From NCBI GenBank assembly GCA_963744145.1, contig CAVUSO010000001.1, positions 3,360,001 to 3,424,000 of the forward strand: 64,000 nt of DNA, written 5' to 3'. Positions 1 through 10,636 of this stretch are shown in pieces. Made by a program: the position numbers and the translations under genes. The DNA comes from an uncultured cyanobacterium. Lineage in GTDB: Bacteria > Cyanobacteriota > Cyanobacteriia > Cyanobacteriales > CAWUOF01. Below the pieces are notes generated by a model. It made no database searches. It saw only the letters and a program-made list of their open reading frames with translations, and was not told where the DNA came from. The first letter of the stretch is position 1. Each line of letters starts with the position of its first letter.

Positions 1-973
1 AATGATAATCTCGTTTAGGTAGAAAGTTTAAATTTTCTCTACCATTCAAGACTATAAAACTAAAAAACAGCGACAGCATTATCGCTTGCATCAAAACTAT
101 AAATAATAGCAAGACCATATAAGATGCCCAACCAGGAATTGCTAAATTAGTTGCCAACCTAATAATTATTACTATACTTATTGCTGTGAAAGCGAATCCA
201 ATTAGCATAACAGTTACCATTAATAGCCTAACTCCAACCACATCTCCATTAACAGAAATTGCGCTTAAACCATGAGTTACTAAGGAGACAAAATTCATTT
301 TTGGTTTGCCAGCCAAGCGCATTCCCCTACTACTAGCAATTTCTGTATAAGGAACTTTCGCTTTCAACAAACCGACAGCATAATGATTCCACAATTCCGA
401 AACAACTACCAATCTGCAAAGAATTTTGTAGGGAATTATGCTAAAATTGCCCACCTGAATATTATGTCCAGTAAGTAACTTATATAATTGTTTGTAAAAG
501 ATATAAAATAGCTTAAACAACAAAATTTCTGATCGCTTACTCCTTCGAGCAAAAACTGCCTTTTTATATTCTTCCCTTTGGCATTTTTGAATTAGGCGAA
601 TCACATCTCTTGGTTCATCTTCCCCATCGCCATCCATCACCACCACAGCTTGGTAATATAAATTTGCTTCAATATAAGCTAAACCAATGGCGATCGCTCT
701 TTGATGACCAATATTTCTCCGTAACTCTAAAATGTCGATCCTTTGAATAGCCCTTAATCGATTGCAGATAAAATCCTGATAAATGGGAATATTAGAAGCA
801 TCATCTACAATTAAAACATCAGCTTGGATGCTTTTATGGTACAAATGCTCATCTAAGCCAATTAGCAATAACTCTACCGCTTTCCAGTCATTAAACACTG
901 GAATCATGATTAAAATAGACTGATTTTCATTCTTAGGGCGTTCTTTAGTTGATTTCTCAAACACAAAAGACAT
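1..973 (-). CDS. Glycosyltransferase family 2 protein (runs off window start)
   Basis: Not in the ORF track. Manual translation from ATG 973 gives ILIMIPVFNDW...VLIVDDAS...RNIGHQRAIAIGL...VVVMDADGED (GT2 motifs) and a hydrophobic C-terminal part. Confidence 0.85.
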   Translation of the reverse strand, partial: MSFVFEKSTKERPKNENQSILIMIPVFNDWKAVELLLIGLDEHLYHKSIQADVLIVDDASNIPIYQDFICNRLRAIQRIDILELRRNIGHQRAIAIGLAYIEANLYYQAVVVMDGDGEDEPRDVIRLIQKCQREEYKKAVFARRSKRSEILLFKLFYIFYKQLYKLLTGHNIQVGNFSIIPYKILCRLVVVSELWNHYAVGLLKAKVPYTEIASSRGMRLAGKPKMNFVSLVTHGLSAISVNGDVVGVRLLMVTVMLIGFAFTAISIVIIIRLATNLAIPGWASYMVLLLFIVLMQAIMLSLFFSFIVLNGRENLNFLPKRDYH

Positions 974-1028
974 ATCACTCTCTCACCTTTTCCTACTCCT
1001 CAAGAATGAAGTGTGGGCTGAAGTCCAA

Positions 1029-1769
1029 CTACCTGCCTAATTTCATTAAGACTCCTGGCTCGGTTTGGATGGGTACTATATCTAAAATATCCAGTTCCGC
1101 ACAATATTTTAGGTCTTCAATAATATTTAAACGTTGCAGACGTTTACCGTGACTAGCATGATAGAACATATTTAAGAGATTGTCTTGCCACTGACGAAAC
1201 AGGGCGATCGCTTCGATTACTTCATCGTTACCAGCAAAATCACTTAATGGATATCCAATTTCTGTGATTAACTGGTCAGCGATCGCACCAGCACAAGCTG
1301 TATCTTCGAGGGAAAAACTTCCTTCCCAACCCGAACCCACAATCCAAACTGTGGCTGGTTTTTGCTCAATGATATAATTTACAACTGCCTCACGATTAAT
1401 CAATGCTCCAGCTAAAACTATTGGTGCTTTTTGGATACACTGGAGCGCACGAGTGCCGTTAGTGGTACTAATAAATAATCGACAACCTTGAACTCGTTCG
1501 GGGGTACAGTCTAGCGGTGAATTACCGAAATCGCAATCAGCAACTTTTGCTCCACCTCTTTCACCAGCACGAATCCGTTTATCAGCGGGCCACTTGGCGC
1601 TCTGCTCCATTAATTCTTGCAAGTCGCTAAAGACTTGCACAGCTTCAGCACCAGCATTTAAAGCAGTAGCAATGGTACTTGTGGCTCGGAGGACATCAAC
1701 AGCGATCGCGCATTCGGGTACGCTATCCGTTGGGGTTAGTTCTGGTGTATGATATATAAATAATTTCAC
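1029..1769 (-). CDS. comB: 2-phosphosulfolactate phosphatase family protein
   Basis: Motifs [36 protein letters not shown]. Likely GTG start at 1769. Confidence 0.9.
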   Translation of the reverse strand: MKLFIYHTPELTPTDSVPECAIAVDVLRATSTIATALNAGAEAVQVFSDLQELMEQSAKWPADKRIRAGERGGAKVADCDFGNSPLDCTPERVQGCRLFISTTNGTRALQCIQKAPIVLAGALINREAVVNYIIEQKPATVWIVGSGWEGSFSLEDTACAGAIADQLITEIGYPLSDFAGNDEVIEAIALFRQWQDNLLNMFYHASHGKRLQRLNIIEDLKYCAELDILDIVPIQTEPGVLMKLGR

Positions 1770-1795
1770 GCTTTTTGCTTGCAACTAATAATCAA

Positions 1796-1880
1796 CGGAG
1801 AAGGGGAGATTCGAACTCCCGGAACCTTTCGGTTCACTCGATTTCAAGTCGAGCGCAATCGACCACTCTGCCACCTCTCC
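1796..1880 (-). tRNA. tRNA-Ser(UGA)
   Basis: Reverse complement GGAGAGGTGGCAGAGTGGTCGATTGCGCTCGACTTGAAATCGAG...GTTCGAATCTCCCCTTCTCCG. Anticodon TGA, long variable arm, TTCGAAT T-loop. Confidence 0.97.
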
Positions 1881-1973
1881 AAACTGAAATATGCGATCCG
1901 ACTATATCACATCTAGTTGGTACTTTCTCTCAAATTGGCAAGAAAATTTATTCCTGAGTTTTTTTAAAATATT

Positions 1974-2903
1974 CTAGGCTAGTGGCACGATAGTCGGCGA
2001 TCGCCGATACAGAGTTTGCTCGGATTTAATTGTCAAGTCTGACCCCACCCAGACCAAGGAGATCCGTGCAACAGTTTCCCCTTCCAACCAGACGAGGGAA
2101 AAATTACGTTGTTTGGCAGCTCCACTGTTGATAATGCGCGGGACACTAGCAGCATTTAAGTAAATTGTCCGTTCTGGACTCAGATGAACTGCTTTGCGCT
2201 GTTGGGTTTTACTATGACGTAAACGATGGTGCATATGTCCAAAAGCAACCAGGGGAATCACTTTACCATAGTCACGGGTAATGGCGATCGCTTCAGCCAA
2301 ATCTGGATCACCAAAATCCCCACCCATAGGTTGCCAATCTCTCCCACAGGGATCTTCGGGGCGATCGCCTAAACCTAGTGGGCCATTATGTCCTAAGAAA
2401 ATCACTTTTGCATAAGTTGTCTTCTGAACTGCATCCATAATCCGTTCCGTCGATTCAACGAAACTATTTATTCCTAACCATTCTTGATAAAACTGTCCAT
2501 ATTTCCATTCTTGTCCCCCCCAAGTAAAGGGACGACCACCTACTACTGATAAACCTAGTTCGGGAAAATCTAGGTGACTATAACCGACATGGGTATGGCC
2601 CAATAATTCTAGTTGTTGTTTTAACCAGTCTTCAGTTTGCCGATTATAGGGACATTTACTTCTGCCCCAGTCTGTCGCTGTATACCATGCGTCGTGGTTT
2701 CCCAAGATTACAGCTTTGGGTATGTCTAGCGCGGCGATCGCTTGGACTACTGACACTGCTTCATTGCCAAAATCGCCCACAAATAACACTAAATCAACAC
2801 CCAAGTGCTGAAGAGCAATACCATCTTCCTCTTCCCACTGATCATGGACATCCCCAACTACTGCTATTTTAATTGGGCGATCTAAATTGGTCTGACTATT
2901 CAT
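1974..2903 (-). CDS. Calcineurin-like metallophosphoesterase (DevT/TIGR04168-like)
   Basis: Metallophosphoesterase motifs GDVHD, VGDFGNE, LGNHD, GHMHH. Confidence 0.85.
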   Translation of the reverse strand: MNSQTNLDRPIKIAVVGDVHDQWEEEDGIALQHLGVDLVLFVGDFGNEAVSVVQAIAALDIPKAVILGNHDAWYTATDWGRSKCPYNRQTEDWLKQQLELLGHTHVGYSHLDFPELGLSVVGGRPFTWGGQEWKYGQFYQEWLGINSFVESTERIMDAVQKTTYAKVIFLGHNGPLGLGDRPEDPCGRDWQPMGGDFGDPDLAEAIAITRDYGKVIPLVAFGHMHHRLRHSKTQQRKAVHLSPERTIYLNAASVPRIINSGAAKQRNFSLVWLEGETVARISLVWVGSDLTIKSEQTLYRRSPTIVPLA

Positions 2904-3112
2904 GCCATCTTTACTTTTGCTGTTCCTTCATCCAGAATAGACAAGCTCAACTAGTTTTTCCAACTAATTTTCAAATAGTAATTAATACTTATATAAATAA
3001 TCGGGGTCATAAAACTTGACTCTGATCAGTTTGATCATCTTAATGATCGTACAGTGCGATCGCCTGAAGTTTGAACTGTGCGATCGCGTTTGCTAAGATG
3101 ATCTGTAGTTTG

Positions 3113-3191
3113 GGATTGATCTGTGGGGTGAGGGCAGGTTGATGATGATTACTCATTTGTGACAGAATTGATCGGTGAACCTGCCCCTACA
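3113..3191. repeat. REP-like hairpin (gggcaggtt...aacctgcccctac)
   Basis: Inverted arms ending in CCCCTAC. The same family occurs at 37233-37531 and 45099-45316. Confidence 0.7.
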
Positions 3192-3510
3192 ATAGGGTTG
3201 ATTGTTTAATTTTCTTTTTGATGCGATCGCATCCATTAATAATTATAAAATATATAGTTCATCAAACAGAAATATACTGGTGATCAATTAATTTGGTCTA
3301 ATTGTCCTATTGCTGCTAAATTAGTTATCGGTGAAGTGTCACTAACAATAATCACAAATCGCCCAATTTTTTCAGAGTTTCCAAGTCATATTGTAAATCT
3401 TCAACTTTTATCATTATTTTACTGAAAATGCAAGCTTTTTATGTTGGGATGGGTATAGTTTTGTCTAATTTAGACTTTTGGTGTGAATAAACCAGTAATA
3501 ATGATAAAAT

Positions 3511-6183
3511 TTGATCAGAACTCTACTCAAACAAAATCCCTTGTTACCTATGTCTACGAGTAAAGGATTTCGGGAACAACAGAAGATTATCGCATATTTG
3601 TTACTACATCCTAAACGGTTGGCAATTATAGAAGCTTGTCTAATCGGGATTGTTTCTGGATTAGCAGGTGTATTTTTTAGACAAGGAGTAGGATGGCTAG
3701 GCACATGGCGAGTTACCCCTCCTTTTGCGCTATCATCTTTGTTGTGGTTCCCTATAGTTGGATTAATTGGGGGCTTACTTTCTGGCTGGTTGGTAGAAAT
3801 ATTCGCACCAGAAGCATCAGGTGGAGGGATTATCCAAGTCAAAGCTGTCCTTGCTAATGTGCCAATGCCCTTAAATATGAGGATTGCTCTGATTAAAGCT
3901 GTAAGCTCTATCCTGGCACTAGGTTCAGGATTTACCTTAGGATCTGAAGCTCCCATCATCCAAATTGGTTCCGCCTTAGCTGCTCAATTAAGTCGTATTT
4001 TTCCCACTTCTCCAGATTACAGACGCCAATTAATTGCTGCTGGTGCAAGTGCTGGGTTAGCCGCTGAATTTAATACCCCGATGGGTGGTGTAATATTTGT
4101 GGTTGAAGAACTATTACATGATGTCTCCGGATTAACTCTTGGTCCAGCAATTATTGCGTCTTTTATTGGTGCAGTAATTTCCCGTATTTTAGGTGGAAAA
4201 AATCTCAACTTAGCTTTAAATTTAACCATCCATAATACCAGTTTTTCTGCTCACGAAATCCCCTGTTACATAATTTTGGGAGTACTGGCTGGATTGTTAG
4301 GGGGACTATTCAATCAAGGGATATTAGCAAGTTTTGCATTAAATAAACGTCTAGGGTTGACTACTAGTATTCGTGTTGGGTTAGCTGGTTTGATCTCTGG
4401 TTTAGTATTAGCAATGCTCCCAGAAGTCTTCCGAGATAACGCTGGATTAAGAGAATTTCTAATTAATGGTGAAGCTAATTGGACGATTACCAGCATTGCC
4501 TTTATTGTTCATTTTGTTCTTACTTTAGTTGCTGCTGGTTCAGGAGCGCCAGGAGGCTTATTGACTCCTTCTTTAATTTTGGGATCTGCCCTAGGATATC
4601 TAGTGGGATTTGCCCAAGTAAATTTGTTAGGAATAGGGTGGCCAACTACCTATGCTTTAGTTGGAATGGGAGCTTTTTTTACCGCTGTATCAAGAGCGCC
4701 AATTACCGCGATTGTTATGGTTTTTGAAATTACGACAAATTTTAATTTAGTTTTGCCCCTAATGATTGTCTCTATAGTTGCATATCTAGTCGCTGAGAAA
4801 GTTCATAGTGGATCACTTTATGATCACCTGTTAGAATTGAATGGAATTAACTTAAAAAAAGAAAAAATAGCTAATGACATTTTAATTGAACTCACAGCCA
4901 ATGATGTAATGCAAAGTCGAGTAGAAACTTTAAGCAGTAGTTTATCAATCCAAGAAGTTATTCAAGCTTTTTCTCGATCGCATCATCGCGGTTTTCCCAT
5001 AGTCAATGATGACCAACTGGTCGGGATTGTCACTCAAACCGATTTAGCTAATGCGGAGAAACTTCATTTACTACCAGATACACCAGTCAGTCAGATTATG
5101 ACTCCTCATCCCGTAACGGTGAACTCAACCGATACCCTCAGCCAAGTATTATATTTACTCAATCGTTACAAACTAAGTCGATTACCAGTTACAGATGGGA
5201 AAAAATTAGTCGGAATTATTACTCGTACCGATATAATTCGGGCACAATCCGATCGACTAACTGGTGAAATTGGTCAAGTCGGTCCCCATCCAGAACCTTC
5301 TTACTGTGTTTATCAAACAAGGGCAGCATCTGTGGGACAAGGACGATTATTAGTTCCCTTGAGTAATAGCCAAACCGCACCAGTATTACTACGATTAGCC
5401 GCAGCTATAGCACGCGATCGCAATTACGAACTAGAATGCTTGCAAATCATCTCCATTCCTCGACATAATTCCCCAACTCTTACCCCAGTTAGAACCACTA
5501 CTTCCCGTCGTCTGCTACAACAAGGGGAACGAGTAGGAAAGGAATGGGATATACCTGTACATACTCAAATACGGGTAGCACATGATCGCGCCCAAGCAAT
5601 TTTAGAAACCATCAAAGATCGACATATAGACTTAATCTTAATGGGCTGGAGCGGCACTACACCTACCCCCGGTCGGATCTTCGGTAACATTGTCGATACA
5701 ATAATTCGCCAAGCAGATTGCGACGTACTTTTGGTAAAATTTAGCGAAAAATTGATTAATTTGGATCAACACGATTACTCCCAATTGGGTTTAAACCGTT
5801 GGTTAGTGCCAATTCGCGGTGGTCCAAATGTCGCCCGAACTTTAGAGCTTTTACCTGCATTAATCGCGATTAGCGATACCCCAGAAATTCGGTTGTGTCA
5901 GGTATTTGAACGTAGTAACGAACATCCTGACACCACAGAACTAGATCAAGCTACCCAGTTACTCCAGGGTCAACTCAGCTGTCCAATTTTTTCTTTATCC
6001 GTTTGTTCCACTTCAGTTCCGGAAGCAATAATTGATATGACCCAGAAAGACCAATGCGATGTAATAGTCTTAGGAGCAAGTCGCGAAGGGTTATTACAAC
6101 AGGTAATTAAAGGGAATATTCCCGAAGCGATCGCCCGTGGTGTTAACAGCACCATCATTTTAGTGCGTGGTGCGATACGCTAG
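3511..6183 (+). CDS. ClC-family chloride channel/antiporter with CBS pair and two USP-like domains
   Basis: ClC motifs (LGSEAP, AAEFNTPMGG, GAPGGLLTPSL, RAPITAIVMVFE), CBS repeats and a USP-like tail. Start may be ATG 3550. Confidence 0.9.
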   Translation: MIRTLLKQNPLLPMSTSKGFREQQKIIAYLLLHPKRLAIIEACLIGIVSGLAGVFFRQGVGWLGTWRVTPPFALSSLLWFPIVGLIGGLLSGWLVEIFAPEASGGGIIQVKAVLANVPMPLNMRIALIKAVSSILALGSGFTLGSEAPIIQIGSALAAQLSRIFPTSPDYRRQLIAAGASAGLAAEFNTPMGGVIFVVEELLHDVSGLTLGPAIIASFIGAVISRILGGKNLNLALNLTIHNTSFSAHEIPCYIILGVLAGLLGGLFNQGILASFALNKRLGLTTSIRVGLAGLISGLVLAMLPEVFRDNAGLREFLINGEANWTITSIAFIVHFVLTLVAAGSGAPGGLLTPSLILGSALGYLVGFAQVNLLGIGWPTTYALVGMGAFFTAVSRAPITAIVMVFEITTNFNLVLPLMIVSIVAYLVAEKVHSGSLYDHLLELNGINLKKEKIANDILIELTANDVMQSRVETLSSSLSIQEVIQAFSRSHHRGFPIVNDDQLVGIVTQTDLANAEKLHLLPDTPVSQIMTPHPVTVNSTDTLSQVLYLLNRYKLSRLPVTDGKKLVGIITRTDIIRAQSDRLTGEIGQVGPHPEPSYCVYQTRAASVGQGRLLVPLSNSQTAPVLLRLAAAIARDRNYELECLQIISIPRHNSPTLTPVRTTTSRRLLQQGERVGKEWDIPVHTQIRVAHDRAQAILETIKDRHIDLILMGWSGTTPTPGRIFGNIVDTIIRQADCDVLLVKFSEKLINLDQHDYSQLGLNRWLVPIRGGPNVARTLELLPALIAISDTPEIRLCQVFERSNEHPDTTELDQATQLLQGQLSCPIFSLSVCSTSVPEAIIDMTQKDQCDVIVLGASREGLLQQVIKGNIPEAIARGVNSTIILVRGAIR

Positions 6184-6218
6184 AAAATAATCAAGAAAAC
6201 TAATATAAAGCTAGATCC

Positions 6219-6827
6219 ATGATTCCCACAGTTATTGAACAGTCTGGCCGTGGTGAACGCGCCTTTGATATCTATTCGCGACTCCTCCGAGAGCGGATTG
6301 TCTTTTTGGGACAACAGATAGATGCCGATCTGGCTAACTTGATCGTGGCTCAGTTGCTGTTTTTAGATGCCGAAGATCCGGAAAAAGATATTTACCTTTA
6401 TATCAATTCACCCGGAGGGTCGGTGACGGCTGGCATGGGCATTTTTGATACCATGAATCATATTCGCCCGGAGGTTTCCACGATCTGTATTGGTTTGGCT
6501 GCTAGTATGGGAGCATTTCTGTTGAGTGCTGGTGCCAAAGGTAAGCGCATGAGTTTGCCCCATTCCCGGATTATGATCCATCAACCCCTCGGTGGCGCTC
6601 AAGGACAAGCAACAGATATTGAAATCCAAGCCAAAGAAATTTTGTACCACAAACGACGCTTGAATGAATTACTAGCGGCTAATACGAATCAGCCCCTAGT
6701 TAAAATCGAAGAGGATACGGACAGAGATTTCTATATGTCAGCCAAGGAAGCAATGGAATATGGTCTGGTTGATCAAGTAATTGACCGTCGTCCTTCTGCT
6801 ACCCGTCCTGTAGCTGCCGTCAGCTAG
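6219..6827 (+). CDS. clpP: ATP-dependent Clp protease proteolytic subunit
   Basis: [25 protein letters not shown] (catalytic Ser), MIHQPLGG. Confidence 0.97.
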   Translation: MIPTVIEQSGRGERAFDIYSRLLRERIVFLGQQIDADLANLIVAQLLFLDAEDPEKDIYLYINSPGGSVTAGMGIFDTMNHIRPEVSTICIGLAASMGAFLLSAGAKGKRMSLPHSRIMIHQPLGGAQGQATDIEIQAKEILYHKRRLNELLAANTNQPLVKIEEDTDRDFYMSAKEAMEYGLVDQVIDRRPSATRPVAAVS

Positions 6828-6857
6828 CGAGCAAAAATCAGTCCGGAGTAATTTTCC

Positions 6858-6889
6858 AGTAGGGGCGTAACCAAGGTTGCGCCCCTTAC
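6858..6889. repeat. REP-like palindrome between convergent genes (possible terminator)
   Basis: gtaggggcgtaacc-aa-ggttgcgcccctta hairpin with a GTAG start. Confidence 0.6.
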
Positions 6890-6907
6890 CATTTCCAACT
6901 CCTGAAT

Positions 6908-7852
6908 TTAAGGTGTGGGTAAAGATTCCAAATGGTGGAGAAATTGCAATAACTCGGCGTGACTTAGCAGTGCTCGCAAGGTCTTACCCTTACCATAGGT
7001 GCGTTCTAGGTAATTTTTTCCTTCTTCAGGAGTCCAACCCAGACGCTTCAGCTCGATATCAGTAGCGCCGATCGCCTCCATACAATTTAAGAAATTGATC
7101 ACTTCAGCATCATTAAGTTCATGGAGAGAGTGCTTGCGATAAGTTTTTTCTAAGTAACTACGTTTTTGTTTATCACTCCAACCGAATTGTTTTAGTAGCC
7201 CATTGATTTTCGCGATCGCATCACTAAGATCAGTCATAGTTTCACCCGGAACAGTATTAATTTCACTGATCACGGGATTTTGATTAATTAGCGGATCACT
7301 AATCTGGCTCAGGATTTCTGTTGATGGACTGCTGATTTCGCTCACCACAGTATATTCAGGAATAATTGTCTCAATTGGTTCAGTTTCCCCATGATCAGCA
7401 GGTAAATTGATGTCTGACTCCAATGGTTGGTTAACTTCTAGTTGCGGATCTGATTGAGCAGAAATACTCGACCAAGTAGGAGAAGACCAATCTTTTGCCG
7501 TTGTACTCGTGAGGGGAGCTGGCCAAACTCCCTCGGGAATTTCTTTTGTTTCTGAAGTTGAAGTAAACAAATCTGGAGAAAAAGAAGTATTGTTTGTAGA
7601 AGGTGCCGTTCTTGATATTTCTGAGGAAGCGGATCGTCCCGGGGCAATGGGCTGAATACTTAAAACCTCCAAAGCCCTAATGCGAGCTCGGTTTTCTGCT
7701 ATTTCGATCGCGTCATCAGCAGCTAGACCTGTGGCTAAAGTAACGCCATCTACGATCACTGAAGCTCGCACTACATAAATTCCTTGGTTAATTTTCACTA
7801 ACTCAGAAATTAAACTGCCCGTAGGATAATGGTTTCGGAATTGTGCAAACAT
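6908..7852 (-). CDS. Conserved cyanobacterial hypothetical protein
   Basis: 314-aa ORF with an ordered N-terminal domain, a low-complexity linker and two C-terminal (F/L)GW..YLE.TY repeats. Confidence 0.7.
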   Translation of the reverse strand: MFAQFRNHYPTGSLISELVKINQGIYVVRASVIVDGVTLATGLAADDAIEIAENRARIRALEVLSIQPIAPGRSASSEISRTAPSTNNTSFSPDLFTSTSETKEIPEGVWPAPLTSTTAKDWSSPTWSSISAQSDPQLEVNQPLESDINLPADHGETEPIETIIPEYTVVSEISSPSTEILSQISDPLINQNPVISEINTVPGETMTDLSDAIAKINGLLKQFGWSDKQKRSYLEKTYRKHSLHELNDAEVINFLNCMEAIGATDIELKRLGWTPEEGKNYLERTYGKGKTLRALLSHAELLQFLHHLESLPTP

Positions 7853-8046
7853 AAAACTCCCGGAATGTTTCCTAAAGTACGCACTAAAACTAAAATTAGA
7901 TCAAGAGTAATCACTCTAATCTGGCAAGATTGAGCGTGTGAGTGTGTTTAATCCCACTTTTGATCATTTTGGGCGAGCAAGCAGGTCTAAAAAACCCAAA
8001 TTATCGCCTAGGTAACCGAGTTAAGAGAACAAGGACTATTCGCTAC

Positions 8047-10383
8047 ATGGAATTTTCGATCGCGACACTGCTTTCCAATTTTGCAGATGATAAATTGGTT
8101 GCCCCTAAAATCTTGGAGAAGAAATTAGGATGTCAAGATGAAACTAGTCTTGATAAGTTGCAAATTGCTTTAGATGTACTCGAGAAAATCGGCTTATTAA
8201 TTAAAGAAAAAGGCCGTTATCGACGAGTAGGTGAAGAAGGGATCGTTGAAGCTAAACTCCGCTGTTCGAGCAAAGGTTTTTGCTTTGCGATTCAAGATAC
8301 GGAAGGTGCCGAAGATATATATATTCGTGAATGTCATCTGAGTAATGCTTGGAATGGCGATCGGGTGTTGGTGAAAATTATCAAAGAAGGTAGTCGTCGT
8401 CGCTCTCCGGAAGGAGAGGTCCGGTTAATTTTAGAACGCGGTAATCCTTCAGTTTTAGCACGGGTGAAACAAACTGAAGTCGGCTATCGAGCGGTTCCTT
8501 TAGATGATCGCCTGTTATTTGAACTCCAACTGAAAGCCAATGGCAATAACTTAGAAGAAGCGATCGATCATTTAGTACATGTCGAAGTTCTGCGCTACCC
8601 TTTAGGACAAAATCTGCCCCTAGGTCGCATCGCTAAGATTCTCGGAATTGATGCTGAAGCAGCTAATGATCTAGATATCGTTTGCTGTAAACATGATTTA
8701 CCCCGCAGTTTTCCTCCCCTGGTGATTGCGACTGGTAATGAGTTATCAAAAACAGTCCGGAAGGTGAATTTTAAAAATAGATTAGATCTACGTGATGTGT
8801 TTACGATCGCTTTTGTAGCTGAAAAAGAAATCAAAACCCAAGAGTCAGCGACGGAAATTACTGCTGCTAGTTATCCGATCGAACACGCGATCACTCTGGA
8901 AACTACTCACCAAACTGGTCAATGGCGTTTAGGTATTCATGTTACGGATGTTTCTCATTTTGTTCAACCTGAAGAAAAATTAGATCGAGAAAGCTTAAAA
9001 CGTGGCACTTCTGTACATCTAGGAGAAACCATCTTACCGATGTTACCTAAATATGTCAGTAGTGAAGTTTGTTCTTTATTACCAGAACAAGATCGATTGG
9101 CAATTTCGGTGTTGATCACTTTAAATGCGAAGGGACAGGTGTTAGAATTTGAAATTCAACCAACGGTCATCCATTTAGATGAATTAATCACCTATGAAAA
9201 AGCCACAGCAATTTTAGAACGTCGTGAGACTAATCGCATTCTGAGTCCGCTTTTGGAGCAACTTTTAGCACTCAGTATTCGTTTACAAGAACAGCGACAT
9301 CAACGTGGTGCTTTTGCCCTAAATTTGCCAGATAGTAAAAATCCCTATGAAGATGAAGGGCTGATTGGTGCGACGATCGTCTATCCCTCTCCTTCAATCA
9401 GGGCAATGATTACAGAGTTAATGATTCTAACTAATCAGCTTGTCGGAGAACATTTAAATGCGCTAGGAGTACCAACAATTTATCGAGTTCAACCTGCTCC
9501 TGATCCGGATGATGTGCAAGAGTTAATTAAATTGGCTAGCACTCTCGGGATTAATTTGCAATTGGAAAGTGAAGATACAGTTAATACTCAAGATATAAAA
9601 TTTTTTACCGAAGAGTTTGCTAAATCTCAAGCAGACAGAGTGTTAACTTATCAGTTACAATCCCTCCTTAGACCAGCACTTTACAGCACAACTCCCAAAC
9701 CTCATTTTGGACTAGCGTTGCATTCGGGATATACTCATTTTACTTCACCCATTCAACGTTATCCAGATTTGTTGGTGCAACGCTCCTTACAAGCAGTGTT
9801 TGAATTAGGTCGCGATCGCCGTACTACTCGGGCTAAAGAAAGGGTTAATTTGCGTCATAGTTCTTGTCACGGTAAAATTAACTGGAATGTATTACCTCCA
9901 GAAGTTCATCATGAATTAGAATCACGTTTGTCTGCTCAGATTGTCCATCTTACTGATCGAGAAAAAGTCGCTTTTGAAGCTCAAGCAGATCTAAGTGGAT
10001 TACAAAAAGCTGGGTTGATGAAAGAACGTACAGGGGAAACTTTTCCAGGATTAATTACAGGTGTTCAGTCTTATGGTTTCTTTGTCGAAATTGAACTCCC
10101 TGGTCCGAAAAATGAACCCCTGAGAGTCGAAGGACTGGTTCATGTTTCCTCGCTCAAAGATGACTGGTATGAATATCGTTCTCGACAAATGACTCTGGTT
10201 GGTCGGAAAAATCGTGCTTCCTATCGATTGGGCGATCGAGTAGAAGTTCAAGTTAAAAGCGTAGATTACTATCGTCAGCAAATAGACTTAGCTGTCGTCA
10301 GTGGTGGTAGTCAAGATGCGGATGATTATGATGATGCGCCTAATTCCGATTTGTCTTTTGACAACGATCCCTATGATTTTTAA
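8047..10383 (+). CDS. Ribonuclease R/II family protein (Zam-like)
   Basis: Cold-shock domain (KGFCFA), RNB domain (HFGLA...YTHFTSPIQRYPDL) and S1 domain. ATG 8047. Confidence 0.92.
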   Translation: MEFSIATLLSNFADDKLVAPKILEKKLGCQDETSLDKLQIALDVLEKIGLLIKEKGRYRRVGEEGIVEAKLRCSSKGFCFAIQDTEGAEDIYIRECHLSNAWNGDRVLVKIIKEGSRRRSPEGEVRLILERGNPSVLARVKQTEVGYRAVPLDDRLLFELQLKANGNNLEEAIDHLVHVEVLRYPLGQNLPLGRIAKILGIDAEAANDLDIVCCKHDLPRSFPPLVIATGNELSKTVRKVNFKNRLDLRDVFTIAFVAEKEIKTQESATEITAASYPIEHAITLETTHQTGQWRLGIHVTDVSHFVQPEEKLDRESLKRGTSVHLGETILPMLPKYVSSEVCSLLPEQDRLAISVLITLNAKGQVLEFEIQPTVIHLDELITYEKATAILERRETNRILSPLLEQLLALSIRLQEQRHQRGAFALNLPDSKNPYEDEGLIGATIVYPSPSIRAMITELMILTNQLVGEHLNALGVPTIYRVQPAPDPDDVQELIKLASTLGINLQLESEDTVNTQDIKFFTEEFAKSQADRVLTYQLQSLLRPALYSTTPKPHFGLALHSGYTHFTSPIQRYPDLLVQRSLQAVFELGRDRRTTRAKERVNLRHSSCHGKINWNVLPPEVHHELESRLSAQIVHLTDREKVAFEAQADLSGLQKAGLMKERTGETFPGLITGVQSYGFFVEIELPGPKNEPLRVEGLVHVSSLKDDWYEYRSRQMTLVGRKNRASYRLGDRVEVQVKSVDYYRQQIDLAVVSGGSQDADDYDDAPNSDLSFDNDPYDF

Positions 10384-10636
10384 TCGTTAGTAGTTAGACT
10401 TTAGTAGTTATTTTTTTGCTGCTAATGTCTATCTGCTCACAAAAAACATGGGTTTGTGGGAAGCTCAGGTTCTTTAGACCGTTCGACTACGCTCACTTAG
10501 AGCCTGAGAGGGAAACGACCCAAGTGGTTTTAACCACCAGAGAATATTTCTTAATCTTACCATTGCTTTTGTAGAAAAGACTTACTTTTTTCTCGACATT
10601 AAGCTATGATGTATATAGAGAAAGGAAAGTAATCAA

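Noticed and set aside
1775..1957. 60-aa plus-strand ORF
   Set aside because: It is antisense to tRNA-Ser.
3465..3959. 164-aa minus ORF and similar antisense ORFs inside core genes
   Set aside because: They overlap well-supported genes on the opposite strand and have no recognisable motifs.
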